Source: Podarcis tiliguerta
Taxonomy: Eukaryota
DNA length: 64,000 nt
Assembly (NCBI GenBank): GCA_965153285.1
Contig: OZ229110.1
Reading direction: 5' to 3' (one strand)
Shown here: positions 37,954-49,444 of the stretch, piece after piece
Layout: every line of letters begins with the position of its first letter
Numbering within the stretch: position 1 is the stretch's first letter
Position numbers and translations under genes: made by a program
Notes under the pieces: generated by a model
The model's database searches: none
Told to the model about the DNA's origin: nothing
Seen by the model: the letters and a program-made list of their open reading frames with translations, nothing else

Positions 37954-39064
37954 GTATAACTGAATAAACAATAATTTACTCCATTAGGTCTAGGTCTTGG
38001 CAAGTCTAAATAAAGGGGAAACCTAGAAGTGTGTGCCTTTTCACAGGCACCATTTGAGAAGGGAAAGCAGTCTCTGTTTGGGTTTTCTCTCCCCATCCTC
38101 TACACGCACCTTCATTAGCTCCTACTGAAATCACAATGCCATCATCCTAAGCTATATTTGCATACAACTCAGATTTCGCTTCTACAAGTTTTTTTCTGCT
38201 TGAACTGCTTGTTCCTGTTCCAAGTCACAGTCCTTTGAAATCACAGCTGGTTACTCTATAAATTAGCTTAATGCAGCCAACGCCACACCGTGAGCTCAGC
38301 TTGGAAAGCAGCAGCATGAAAAGATCAAATTTAAATGATTTGCTTTACATTGGGATTCTGTAGACTAAGGAAGATGAATACAGAAAAGCCATCGCTGAAT
38401 AAGAAGCAAGGCTTTCCTTTTTAAACGAGATCCAAATGAAAGGGGGGTGGGCATTTTCTGCTTTCAAAGCCTGCTGTATTGTTCTGCCAGCAGCTTGAGG
38501 TCTTCTGATTAAGTAAAACTAGTATCTTGAAAATACAGCAGTGCTGTGTAGCTTTTAAATGTGTGAGAGAGTATTAGCCAAAATGAAACAAGGTCAGTTT
38601 TTGTGCTTGGTTTTCAATATTAAATTTGATGTTAAATATTAGCATCCATTGTCAATTTAATAATACGCAACAAAAAGTCACCTTTGGGCAGGAGAGTCCT
38701 GTTTATTCTGTATAACAATGCAATAGGGTAGAGATATCACTGGTATGGCGTAATGGATAACTGCCCAGTCCTAACCCCCTGATCTTTTTTGCTGGGGTGG
38801 GGTGCAGTAGGAAATGGAGCTGATCCTCCACTGACCCCTTCCTGTCACCCCCAGCTTTAGGGGTAAAGAGGTACTGGCAGCTTCCCAGCTATGGAGAATA
38901 TGTTATTGCCAGATCCAATTTTGCAGCTCACAGCACAGAAAAAGTGACAGCTGGAAATTTCTTTTTATTCTCCCCCTCCCAGCTTCCTTTTTATTCTTAC
39001 TAAAATGTGTTGGCTGGAGTGTGTCTACCAGGATTTTCCCTTAAAAAAGAAGAAGCATATATCT

Positions 39065-39400
39065 ATGGTGTAGTGGTTAGAGTTGGACTAGGACCTGAGT
39101 GGCCAGGGTTCAAAACACTACACAGTCATGAGGCTCACTTGGGCCTCACTTGGGCCAGTGTGTTGTAGTGGTTAAGAGCAGTAGGCTCGTAATCTGGTGA
39201 ACCGGGTTCGCTTCCCTGCTCCTCCACATGCAGCTGCTGGGTGACCTTGGGCTAGTCACACTTCTTTGAAGTCTCTTAGCCCCACTCACCTCACAGAGTG
39301 TTTATTGTGGGGGAGGAAGGGAAAGGAGAATGTTAGCTGCTTTGAGACTCCTTCAGGTAGTGATAAAGCGGGATATCAAATCCAAACTCCTCCTCCTCCT

Positions 39401-39431
<31 letters not shown>

Positions 39432-39532
39432 TTCTTCTCTCAGCCTAATCTGCCTCACAGGGTTGTTGTGAGGATGAAAGGGGAAGGAGAGAATTATTTG
39501 CACCACTTTTATCTCCTTGGAGGAAAGGTATG
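39065..39532 (+). mobile_element. Older MIR-like/Squam3A-like tRNA SINE, split by a nested Squam3 copy
   Basis: Head TGGTGTAGTGGTTAGAGTTGGACTAGGACC...GGGTTCAAA at 39065-39153; resumes CTCAGCCTAATCTGCCTCACAGGGTTGTTGTGAGGAT after about 39437. Confidence 0.75.
39153..39437 (+). mobile_element. Squam3-type SINE nested in older SINE
   Basis: Close to 5778-6027; expanded (CTC)n(CTT)n tail. Confidence 0.9.
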
Positions 39533-40600
39533 ATTACGAGAAAAAGTCCCCCCCCCCCCAAAGTTTACATGGACAGAAAAGGTAAAAACAGTTCCTAAGG
39601 AAAATATTTGTGTAAACACAGAGGAAGGAAAAGAAGAGAAATGCTGGTTCTTACCAACAGGATTGGAATATAAGTGTATATCTCCAGATTTGTCTGGATT
39701 CTAACTCCTATCCACTCAAGCCAACATGGCCAGTTGCCAGGGGTGATGGAAATCCAACAATGGGTGGTTAAGCACAGGTTCTCAACCCCTAATATAGACC
39801 ACAGAAAATGATGGCTCTGCTGGACACCCTTGTGGGCTCTGACGCATGCCTTGTAACACTATTGTCATGCCATCTTGCCCTCTCTTATGAATTGTCTGTC
39901 TCCAGTCATGGAGACTGAATAACTTTAATTATCTGTTCCACTGAAATCACACAATGCACAACAAGCAAAGGAAAGGAAGCCAGAACCAATACTCCAAAGA
40001 AAATAAAAGAAAGCCATTTCCCTGTTCGCAAAAGAAAGTTACTGTAAGTTTGGAACTTTTTAGTGATACACATCAATATTTACAGGTAACCTCCCAAAAT
40101 AGACCAAAAGCTTCCTGAGCATTCGAAAAGCATTCCATCAGCACCTGGTAATGCTGCTTACAAAACATGAAAGTGGTTTTTAATTGTTAACAATTGCCAG
40201 CTGCAAAGAGGCTTTGCTTCCCTTTGTGCACCTGACCATCTCAGCCCCAAAGCTGCCAGAGACCATTTCAGCTGCATGTTACAAACGTCGAAGGAAACAA
40301 TTCTTGCCACTACCAATACATTAACGCTCTTAGCTTTCCTGCCTACGCTATCAGAGTCCACATCTTTCTGCGTACATTCAGGTCAGATCTGCCAGGATTT
40401 TGCTTTCAACAAAAGGGACTTAACAGATCCTTCGCTCAAACCCTTTTAAATGTCAGGCTGTGTCCTTTACAACAAACATCACAAGAAGCTAAATGGATTC
40501 ATTATCAACAAGGTTTTTTCTCTGCCCCAACCTGAGGCTTTCTTTCCAATGTAATTCTTGATTTAATTGCATTTTTTGCCCTCTTTGCTTTAACTCAGCG

Positions 40601-40619
40601 GCAGCCACCTGGTGGTTTG
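40601..40619 (-). promoter_or_regulatory. Candidate CTCF motif
   Basis: Minus strand AAACCACCAGGTGGCTGC matches the CCASYAGRKGGC core; motif match only. Confidence 0.4.
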
Positions 40620-40882
40620 TTGATAGCAGCAGCTGGCATCCCACCCCAAACAAAGGAAGAGCTTGCCCCCAGAGGGCAAACCATGGTTTAGTGTGAAGGT
40701 GTCAACATGCTGGCTCCCAAGAAGGAGATCACAGCGACTTGCCTGGGCTTTCTAGGTCAGTGTGGTGTGCCAACTGAACCAAAGGTTGGTTTAGTTTGCC
40801 ATCTGAACACGGGGTTGTAGTTAAGGTCTCTCCTCATTAACCACACTCCAAGTGATCTTCCCCAAGTAGTGGCACTGCCTTA

Positions 40883-41322
40883 TTGTTGTTGTTTAGTCGT
40901 TTAGTCGTGTCCGACTCTTTGTGACCCCATGGACCAGAGCACGCCAGGCACTTCTGTCTTCCACTGCCTCCTGCAGTTTGGTCAAACTCATGCTGGTAGC
41001 TTCGAGAACACTATCCAACCATCTCGTCCTCTGTCGCCCCCTTCTCCTTGTGCCCTCCATCTTTCCCAACATCAGGATCTTTTCCAGGGAGTCTTCTCTT
41101 CTCATGAGGTGGCCAAAGTATTGGAGCCTCAATTTCACGGTCTGTCCTTCCAGTGAGCACTCAGGGCTGATTTCCTTCAGAATGGATAGGTTTGATCTTC
41201 TTGCAGTCCATGGGACTCTCAAGAGTCTCCTCCAGCACCATAATTCAAAAGTATCAATTCTTCAGCGATCAGCCTTCTTTATGGTCCAGCTCTCACTTTC
41301 ATACATCACTACTGGGAAAACC
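40883..41322 (-). mobile_element. Bov-B LINE, 5'-truncated
   Basis: ORF RVPWTARRSNLSILKEISPECSLEG...WRALVHGVTKSRTRLND; (CAA)n tail; TSD TGGCACTGCCTTA at 40870-40882 and 41323-41335. Confidence 0.96.
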
Positions 41323-41387
41323 TGGCACTGCCTTACCAGAGCATTATTAGGGGATGGTCCAGTGGGTCCAAGCCCCACGTCTTTTGT

Positions 41388-41542
41388 GCCAGAGCCATTA
41401 GTCCATCTAGCCCAGTACTGTCTCTGCACTGACTGGTAACAGCTTCTTGGGAAACATTCCCAGCCCTCGCCGCAGATACCAGGAATTTAATCTAGGACCT
41501 TCTGCATTCAAAGCAGACAGCCCACCACAAAGTGATGACCTG
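41388..41542 (-). mobile_element. tRNA-head SINE with CR1-like tail (Squam2-like), degraded
   Basis: Minus strand: TCTGCTTTGAATGCAGAAGGTCCTAG...CCAGTCAGTGCAGAGACAGTACTGGGCTAGATGGAC. Confidence 0.6.
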
Positions 41543-41830
41543 TCTCCAAGGAAGGCTTCACATGGCATCTTTCATCCTCTCTTGATTGTTGGTCGCGTTT
41601 GATAAACCATTTGGCAGCCGCTGAGTTAGAAATGTGTCTGTGCATTGCTAACAAAGAAAAAAGAGAGTTTTAAAACACAGAAACTGAAACATAGATATGT
41701 GCACCAGGTTCCCTCAGCTCAAAACTGTAAACTGAGTGTATTGATCTGCATGGGCTCTTAGATGTCTGAAAGTCTTTGGATGTTTCAGATGGTTACACAA
41801 ACAGCATCCCACACTATATTGGGATAATGT

Positions 41831-42123
41831 AATCCCCGCGGCGGGGTGCGCTCCCGTTGCTCGGTCCCAGCGCCTGCCAACCTAGCAGTTCGAAAGCACT
41901 CCCGGGTGCAAGTAGATAAATAGGGACCGCTTACTAGCGGGAAGGTAAACGGCGTTTCCGTGTGCAGCTCTGGCTCACCAGAGCAGCGATGTCACACTGG
42001 CCACGTGACCCGGAAGTGTCTCCGGACAGCGCTGGCCCCCGGCCTCTAGAGTGAGATGGGCGCACAACCCTAGAGTCTGTCAAGACTGGCCCGTACGGGC
42101 AGGGGTACCTTTACCTTTACCTT
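41831..42123 (+). mobile_element. Sauria SINE, CpG-rich subfamily, 5'-truncated
   Basis: Near-identical to 34040-34331; (ACCTTT)n tail. Confidence 0.93.
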
Positions 42124-42551
42124 TTAATATTTTTTCTCTTGTAGGAAAAATCCTGAGACACGGTAAGTCAATCCATCACAACAGTGCTGAGGTTAAACAC
42201 ATCCCTAATCCAGAAATATCATGCACACTGAGCATCTGTAACAGTAACTGTTATAACTGTTTGTTTTTTAAAGTAGTGTCATATTTAAATAACTATTATA
42301 TTCACTTTGCTTTCATCCACCCTTTTATTGTGTGATGCTCCCCTGTGTAGAAAGCTACACATGAGCAGCATGATTTGACTAAAATTCAGGGGAATCAGAA
42401 GACGGGGGTTTTGACTTTCATTAGGCCCAACCCTGCCTTTCCCCTATAAACGGAGCACTATTGGCGGATTTATAAGCAGATGATGTTCCCGCTCAATGAG
42501 TCAAGCAATCATTGGTCCATGTAACCAAGTATTCTGTGTCTTGACAAGGAG

Positions 42552-43082
42552 CAGACCCTCCAAGTGTCCCTCATTTCCAGGGACAGACCCAGATTTACAG
42601 AAGCCATCCCGGTTTCTGATTTGATCCCATGCTTTTCCTTAGGACTTCCCTATTTTCACTGAAGAAATGTTGGAGGGTATGGAATAGATAAAGGGACCCC
42701 TGACCATTAAGTCGCGGACGACTCTGGAGTTGTGGCGCTCATCTCGCATTACTGGCCGAGGGAGCTGGCGTTTGTCCGCAGACAGTCTCCGGGTCGGGTC
42801 ATGTGGCCAGCATGACTAAGCCGCTTCTGGCAAACCAGAGCAGCACACAGAAATGCCATTTACCTTCCTGCCAGAGTGGTACCTATTTATCTACTTGCAC
42901 TTTGACATCCTTTTGAACTGCTAGGTTGGCAGGAGCTGGGACTGAGCAACAGGAGCTCACCCTGTCACGGGGATTCAAACCGCCAACCATCTGATTGGCA
43001 AGCCTTTGGCTCTGTGGTTTAGACCACAGTGCCATGGAATAGGATGTCCCTATTTTCATTGGAGCAATGTTGGAGGGGTATG
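42552..43082. mobile_element. hAT (Blackjack-like) MITE hosting a Sauria SINE
   Basis: Ends CAGACCCTCCAA / TTGGAGGGGTATG; internal duplicated TCCCTATTTTCA...AATGTTGGAGGG unit. Confidence 0.65.
42688..43033 (-). mobile_element. Sauria SINE nested in hAT MITE
   Basis: Sauria SINE body on the minus strand; TSD ATGGAATAG at 42679-42687 and 43034-43042. Confidence 0.92.
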
Positions 43083-44009
43083 CAGGACTGGTCCCTCAAA
43101 GGCCTAGGAAAAGGCCTTTGCTAACCAAGTTACCGAAGTTCTGTTTAATTGGTGATTCAAAAAATACTGAATCTGAGACCTGAATGTGCATTCTACCAAC
43201 AATCCAAATTCCTTCTTCCTGCAATTAAAAGGTAACAGGTTTCTTCTGGGTTTGCACAAGAGATGGCTTCGGAACAAAAGAACAGGGTCATCAAAGAAGG
43301 TGTTGTTTGTTTTCTGCATAATCAACTGGGGCAACTTAGAAGAGCTTGACCCAAAGGCTTGACCCAGTTACTTTGTAGAAGACCTTGGCTTCTTGATGAT
43401 GAAAGCAGCTTCTCTCACACACACACATATACACACACACACCAGCTCTTCTTTGTGTTGATAACATTGGCAGCGAAAGCTGTTGCTTTGTCTGGCTTAA
43501 ACAGGGCCAGTCTCAGGTCCCAGAGCTGCACAGATATTAAATGCCAGCTCTGTCTCTGAGAAGAGACAGGCTGCCAGTCAATAAGGGAACTGCATGTATC
43601 ACAAAACAATCAATCCTTTGCTTTCAAGGAGGTTCAGGTGCTCTGACTTCAGTGGAAACCTGTGATTAAACCGATTGATTCCACAAAATGCACCCTAATG
43701 CTTTTTTTTAAAAAAGGATCGGCTATCCTCAAAATGGCTGTGGTGCCTTGTTTCCTCAATGATTCTTGGCAGTGTGCAGTAATTTTATTTATTAGGAAGG
43801 CTGAGAGCCACAGACAGATGCAGACCTTCACAGCTCTTCTCATTCAGGAGGTTGGAAATCATCAGTGAAAGAAAAGCTTAAGTAGCAGGGTTGGTCAAAC
43901 CTGTTGATGCTGGGTTTCTCATTTTTTTCCAGTCTTCTGTTCACCACATTTTCAGTTCAATTGACTGTTGTTGTTGTTTTTATTTTAAAAAAAACATACA
44001 CACATCCTC

Positions 44010-44330
44010 ATGAAAATGTCTCTGCATTTTAGTGTCCATTTCTCCTAATATACAATTTTTGTATGCAGTTTTGCAAACATGCACATTTTGCAAGCAACTC
44101 TCATGAACACTGTCTGTTATTTTCATGAATGCATGCATTCTTATCCCTGCTGTCTCCTAATATATGTGTTTTGGGGGCACATTTTCTAGTTGGAGAAATG
44201 CATCACAACATGTGAAGAAGTACAAATTTTGAAGGATGGTGAAGTGCCAGTGCGTGGATTATTCAGGAAAGTGTGGGTTGGGTAGGCTTGCATTAAATTA
44301 AAGTATGAACTGAACCAAATTTCTCCCAAG
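44010..44330. mobile_element. Degraded lizard interspersed repeat, probable DNA-transposon relic
   Basis: Repeated TCTCCTAATATA...TTTT(G) units and AACTGAACCAAATTTCTCCC end; family not identified. Confidence 0.4.
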
Positions 44331-44459
44331 CAGTCCTGTTGGCATCATTAGCAGAAGCAGCCTAGGAACCAAGGGGCAGTGACTAGAAGCTCTACAAACT
44401 GTTATACAGGCACACTAGTGGCAACAGTAGCACCTATGCTGCAGTCCATACATTTGCCA

Positions 44460-44777
44460 GGGACGCGGGTGGCGCTGTGGGTTAAACCACAGAACCTAGG
44501 ACTTGCTGATCAGAAGGTCGGCAGTTCAAATCCCCGTGAGCTCCCGTTATTTGGTCCCTGCTCCTGCCAACCTAGCAGTTTGAAAGCACGTCAAAGTGCA
44601 AGTAGACAAATAGGTACCGCTCCAGCGGGAAGGTAAACGGCGTTTCCATGCGCTGCTCTGGTTCGCCACATGACCCGGAAGCTGTACGCCGGCTCCCTCG
44701 GCCAATAAAGCGAGATGAGCGCCGCAACCCCAGAGTCGGTCACGACTGGACCTAATGGTCAGGGGTCCCTTTACCTT
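44460..44777 (+). mobile_element. Sauria SINE with two small internal deletions
   Basis: GGGACGCGGGTGGCGCTGTGG head; TSD ATACATTTGCCA at 44448-44459 and 44778-44789. Confidence 0.95.
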
Positions 44778-44879
44778 ATACATTTGCCAAGGAGAGGAGG
44801 CACCAGTGGCCTGGGTTTCCCACCCAATTTCCACGCGCCCAAGGTGTGAGCATGACCAGAGTGTCAGGTGGATGTTGGG

Positions 44880-45012
44880 CATGGGCGTAGCCAAGGTGGG
44901 GCAGGGAGGGGTAGCTGCCCCCCCTAAATAAATAAAAACACATAGCAAACTGAGGTTCTTCCCACACACAAAAGACCTGCCTCTCCTAACAAAAATCCTG
45001 GCTATGACCATG
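44880..45012. mobile_element. hAT (Tip100-like) MITE
   Basis: TIRs CATGGGCGTAGCCA / TGGCTATGACCATG; perfect 8-bp TSD ATGTTGGG at 44872-44879 and 45013-45020. Confidence 0.85.
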
Positions 45013-45465
45013 ATGTTGGGCCTAGAGCTGGCAAGTTACAGAGGTCAAGGGCAGAGCCACCAGTCACATTCCCATCTTCTCACACCAGTTCAGCAAATGC
45101 ATGGATGAGAACAGTACTAATGTGGCAGTGACACTAAAGGAAAAGTGAACCATGGTGGTGAAATCAGATGCCTAAGTTGAAGAGTGAGGAGGGCCCTATT
45201 CTCATTGTTCAACAAAGTGATGGAATGGGCCGAGAGGTCTAAACTTCCCTAGCCTCACACACCAACCCCATCTCATTGCTGAAATGAGGATGAGAATAAC
45301 TCCTTCTGTGAGGAAAGGAAGCTGTGTGCCTGTCTGCAGGTGTGTATGGTGTACATCTGAGCATGTGTGAGAGAGTAGGGCCATCTTTGGCCCTGCCCAC
45401 ATGTAGCACTCAGAGGGTTGGCAACAAAGAAGTCAACCAGCTCCCCACCCCTTGCTATAAGCTGT

Positions 45466-45560
45466 TGTTGTTTAGTAGTTTAGTTGTGACCAACTCTTTC
45501 TGACCTCATGGACCAGAGCACGCCAAGCACTCCTGTCTTCCACTGCCTCCTGCAGTTTGG
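45466..45560 (-). mobile_element. Bov-B LINE, extreme 5' truncation (95 bp)
   Basis: Matches the 3' end of 40883-41322; TSD GCTATAAGCTGT at 45454-45465 and 45561-45572. Confidence 0.92.
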
Positions 45561-46066
45561 GCTATAAGCTGTAGCAAGGGACAATGTACAATTCTCACCA
45601 ACTCTGTGGCTTCAGTGTATCACCAAACCATCTATTTACCTGTTGAAAACCAAGGAACAATCATCAAGGGTTTACACACATTTTAGGACACAGTCATTAA
45701 TGGTATACAGCGTTTTCAGCTTCTTCATAATTTAGAAAGCTTCACATTGTCCAACAGTGACAATGCCATCCCTGACTGGGGTTTTTTCTGATCTAAATTA
45801 AATGATTGCTAGTTTTGTGATCGGTTAGATGAATCAGAAGGTACTGTTATGTGGCAGCATAGATCTTTAACTTGCAAACAGAGATAAAATAAAAGATCTC
45901 TCAGATTATTATTTGAGCTATAATTTGATGTTTTCATTCTACTCCAGTTGATCTGATCGTGGATCCATTGTAGCAAATTTTAACACCAAGATCTGAAAAG
46001 CACTCTCTAGGGACAGAACAACTACTTATAATTGGCATCTCCTCAAAACATTTGTACAGGAGATTA

Positions 46067-46325
46067 CTGTATTTTTTGCTCTATAAGACTCACTTTTTCC
46101 CTCCTAAAAAGTAAGGGGAAATGTGTGTGCGTCTTATGGAGCGAATGCAGGCTGCGCAGCTATCCCAGAAGCCAGAACAGCAAGAGGGATTGCTGCTTTC
46201 ACTGCGCAGCGATCCCTCTTGCTGTTCTGGCTTCTGAGATTCAGAACATTTTTTTTCTTGTTTTCCTCCTCCAAAAGCTAGGCGCGTCTTGTGGTCTGGT
46301 GCGTCTTATAGAGCAAAAAATACGG
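46067..46325. mobile_element. Tc1/mariner (Tc2/pogo-like) MITE
   Basis: TIRs C(T/C)GTATTTTTTGCTCTATAAGAC / GTCTTATAGAGCAAAAAATACGG, TA TSD; three copies in the window. Confidence 0.92.
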
Positions 46326-46796
46326 TAATCATTATCAAACACACTTGTTAATTTACTGCCTGATTATAACACGAACATCAAAATTGCTCCTTTTGAAATG
46401 GCTTGATATTAAATATAAATGTTTTATCTATAATAGTTGAGGAAAAACCCCACACACATATATGGTTACATTAATCTTTAGAAAATCACAGACCTTTTGC
46501 AAGAAATTCAGAATGAACCATTTCATATAGCAAGATGGGAGCCAATTAAAATGACAGTGAATGGCTTCAGTGAAGTATAATCTTCCAAAAAGGTTACATT
46601 ATACTTTTTTCCTCAATGCATTGCTGAAGATAAGGCTGAAAAGGCACTTACTCTATAATGCTCACCTTATATGCTGATAACCAGCATTGCATGTAAAAGG
46701 ATTTTCCTGCAAAGTCAGAAAATAAGCAAGTGTGACATGTTCCTCAGCGTGGGGGAAATGTAATTTGTCAGATCCACCTGCTATATCAGGGTTAAG

Positions 46797-46921
46797 GCGA
46801 GAGTATGGAACCTGTGACCCTGCAAATGTTACTGGACTACAGTTCCCAGCAGCCCCAGCCAGCATTGTCAAGAGCCAGGGATTATGGGGGTTGTGGTCTG
46901 ACAAAATCTTAGGGCCACAGG
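46797..46921. mobile_element. Degraded palindromic hAT MITE
   Basis: GGAACCTGTGACCCT...GGACTACAGTTCCCAGCAGCCCC...AGGGCCACAGG. Confidence 0.65.
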
Positions 46922-47047
46922 TCATAGAATTGCAGAGTTGGCAGGAACCACATCTAGTCCAACTTCCTGCAATGCAGAAATATGCAGCTGTCCGAACCTT
47001 CAACCTTGGCATTATCAGCACCACACCCTAACCAACTGAGCTATCCA
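46922..47047 (-). mobile_element. POM-type SINE (tRNA-Ile-like head plus CR1 3' tail)
   Basis: Minus strand GGATAGCTCAGTTGGTTAGGGTGTGGTGCTGATAATGCCAAGGTTGAAGGTTCG...TTGGACTAGATG...CCAACTCTGCAATTCTATGA. Confidence 0.8.
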
Positions 47048-47664
47048 GTCCTGCTAGAAAAAGAGGCAAAAATGCTTCATATATACAAAATAGAATAAAT
47101 TAGTCACGTGGAATAAAGTGCATTTTAAAAAAAAAATCCAAATATTATGTTTTTTAGGGGAAAGTAAGTTATCCCATATAGTTTTATATTTGCTTTGTTT
47201 TTTATTAAAAAAAATAAGGCAGAACCATTTGGATTTGATGGTTCTTAAACTATACACTGCCTTGCGGTAGAAAGATGGAAGCAAACTAAAAATCAATTGC
47301 TACCTTACAACAGTAGAATAGCAATTTGGAATGCAGTGTACACAGAACGGTGGGTAATGTCATAAAGAAACATTTTACAGTCCATTTTTAAGGCTGAATA
47401 TAAGAATGGGAAGAACACTCTGGCCTCTGCCATTGGCCAGGGGACTGAGGGCCACTCAGAGGCTGCACCCCTGCCTCCCAGGAAGAATATCAAGACTGTA
47501 CAAGAGAGGGACCAACTTGGCCACATCTACCACAGGCCACTTTGACAGGTGGGTGGGACCACTCTCCTGTCAATGACCTGATGTCATATCATGTCAGGTG
47601 ATTCAGATTTTAAAGGCACAACTACAAAGGAAGGATCAGGAGTGCATTCTAGGTCCCATTTGCG

Positions 47665-47818
47665 CTATAAACTTAGCATACCACTTAAAACACTTATGTC
47701 TTCCCCCAAAGAATCCTGGGAACTGTGGTTTATTAAGGGTGCTGAGAGTTGCTAGGAGACGCCTATTCCCCTCACAGAGCTAAAGTTCCCAGCATACCCT
47801 GGGAAGAGGGATTGACTG
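47665..47818. mobile_element. Palindromic lizard MITE (Harbinger-like), left part; right part resumes at 49457-49480
   Basis: CCCCCAAAGAATCCTGGGAACTGTGGTTT...CCCTGGGAAGAGGGATTGACTG continues as TTAAACCACTC after the inserted element. Confidence 0.6.
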
Positions 47819-49444
47819 GGGTTTTTTTGGGTTTTTTTATAAGACGTTTATTAATTTTCCAATAAAAACATCCAATTAACATATCAAATCAGATCCAATA
47901 AAAATAAAAAAATTAAATAAAAAAGGTCCAATTGTCTTCCAAATTGTAATAATTTTGTTTTGACTTCCCACGGTCTGAATTTCGAAGCACATTCAACATC
48001 ATAGTCCTGCCTCTCATCATCCTCAATGTTATTCATAATTCCATGTCCGATTTTTCCCTTCCACATTTTGACTCTGGTTCTACGATCCTCATTCATGTCA
48101 GAAAACCGATACTTTTTTTTTTCCTATGGAGTGCAGATTTGTCCGTATATTGGACTCCTCCAGCTGCTTTTTCATCACACCACTTCATTTAATTGCATCC
48201 AATTTCAAAGTTCTGTCCAGCTCTTTGAGAGTTGTTAACGTATTTTTCGCTCTATAAGACGCACCAGAGCACAAGACGCACCTAGTTTTTGGAGGAGGAA
48301 AACAAGAAAAAAAATATTCTGACTCTCAGAAGCCAGAACAGCAAGAGGGATCGCTGCGCAATGAAAGCAGCAATCCCTCTTGCTGTTCTGGCTTTTGGAT
48401 AGCTACGCAGCCTCCATTCGCTCCATAAGACGCACACACATTTCTCCTTACTTTTTAGGAGGGAAAAGGTGAGTCTTATAGAGCAAAAAATACGGTATTT
48501 GGCAGCTCCCAGATCGTTAATCTTTCCCATCCAGGTGTTATCAAAGAAACAGAGAGAAATTTCCTTCTGTACCCTCCTTGTTGATTTATCTTAAACAGAC
48601 TGTTTGCAATGTAGCCATATATCAGACAGTTAGCAATTGGCCTTTGGAATCTTCCCAGTCCCCCCTCCGGGCCCTAGAGGGGGGCTGCCAGACATCCATT
48701 TAGCCCTCTCTCTCACTCGTAATCAAAAAAACATCTTTTTGCAAACAGTTGTATATGTAATATTGTTTCCAGTCTTTATAACCAACCATCCGTTAGCTCC
48801 TGTTTCTCTTAATCAGGGAAGTATTTCAGATATTCAATAACGACGTGATGGGAGACGCCATTTTGTCCTTTGTTTTCGTCTTTAACAGACATTTCCGGTC
48901 TTAGAAGAGAAGTGGCTGCGAGTAGATCCCAATTATATATGAAAGTCCATCTGAACTCACTTTTTGAAGAGCAATTTAGGTTCTTAATGAGACTTGGCAT
49001 GCATTACGGATTGTTGATGTTAAGGATAAAAGAATGTTATTTTTACATACCAAGCCCCTCCACATTCCAAACGTCATGATGAGGATCTCTTTGAAGTTCG
49101 ATCTTTTGCACCAGAGACTGTACATACTGCAGGTTTTTTCCAGCTTCTTCAATTCAGAGCATGTCTGTTTGTTTTCCAAATCTTTATATTTTCCCAAACA
49201 GATGCGTCCGGCTATGGGGTGGCGTCGCAGGAGTGTCAGCCGTCCCTAGCTCCGTGACCCAGTGCCCCTGCCGTCTGCCACATCGGCAATCTGGGGCAGA
49301 CCGCGGGTCGTTGAGACAGTCCTCCCCTGCCCTGGGGAGGCTGCCAGGGCTAATTACACCCATATCAGCCCTGAATTATCAGAACGGCTGAAGTCCAATT
49401 GTGTGGGATCAGCCATTTTCCACCGCCGGAAACAGGAAGGAAAC
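47819..49444 (-). mobile_element. Non-autonomous polyadenylated retroelement, probably L1-mobilised
   Basis: 12-bp TSD AGGGATTGACTG at 47807-47818 and 49445-49456; AATAAA (47847-47852, minus) 8 nt before an A-tail; CpG-rich 5' end; no long ORF. Confidence 0.8.
48238..48495. mobile_element. Tc2/pogo-like MITE nested in the retroelement
   Basis: Reverse complement of 46067-46325; TA TSD. Confidence 0.92.

Noticed and set aside
40921-41439. 172-aa plus-strand ORF
   Set aside because: Antisense frame of the Bov-B 3' end; the same peptide recurs at other Bov-B copies.
46985-47047. tRNA-Ile-like sequence
   Set aside because: Incomplete T-arm and acceptor stem, fused to a CR1-like tail: a SINE head, not a tRNA gene.
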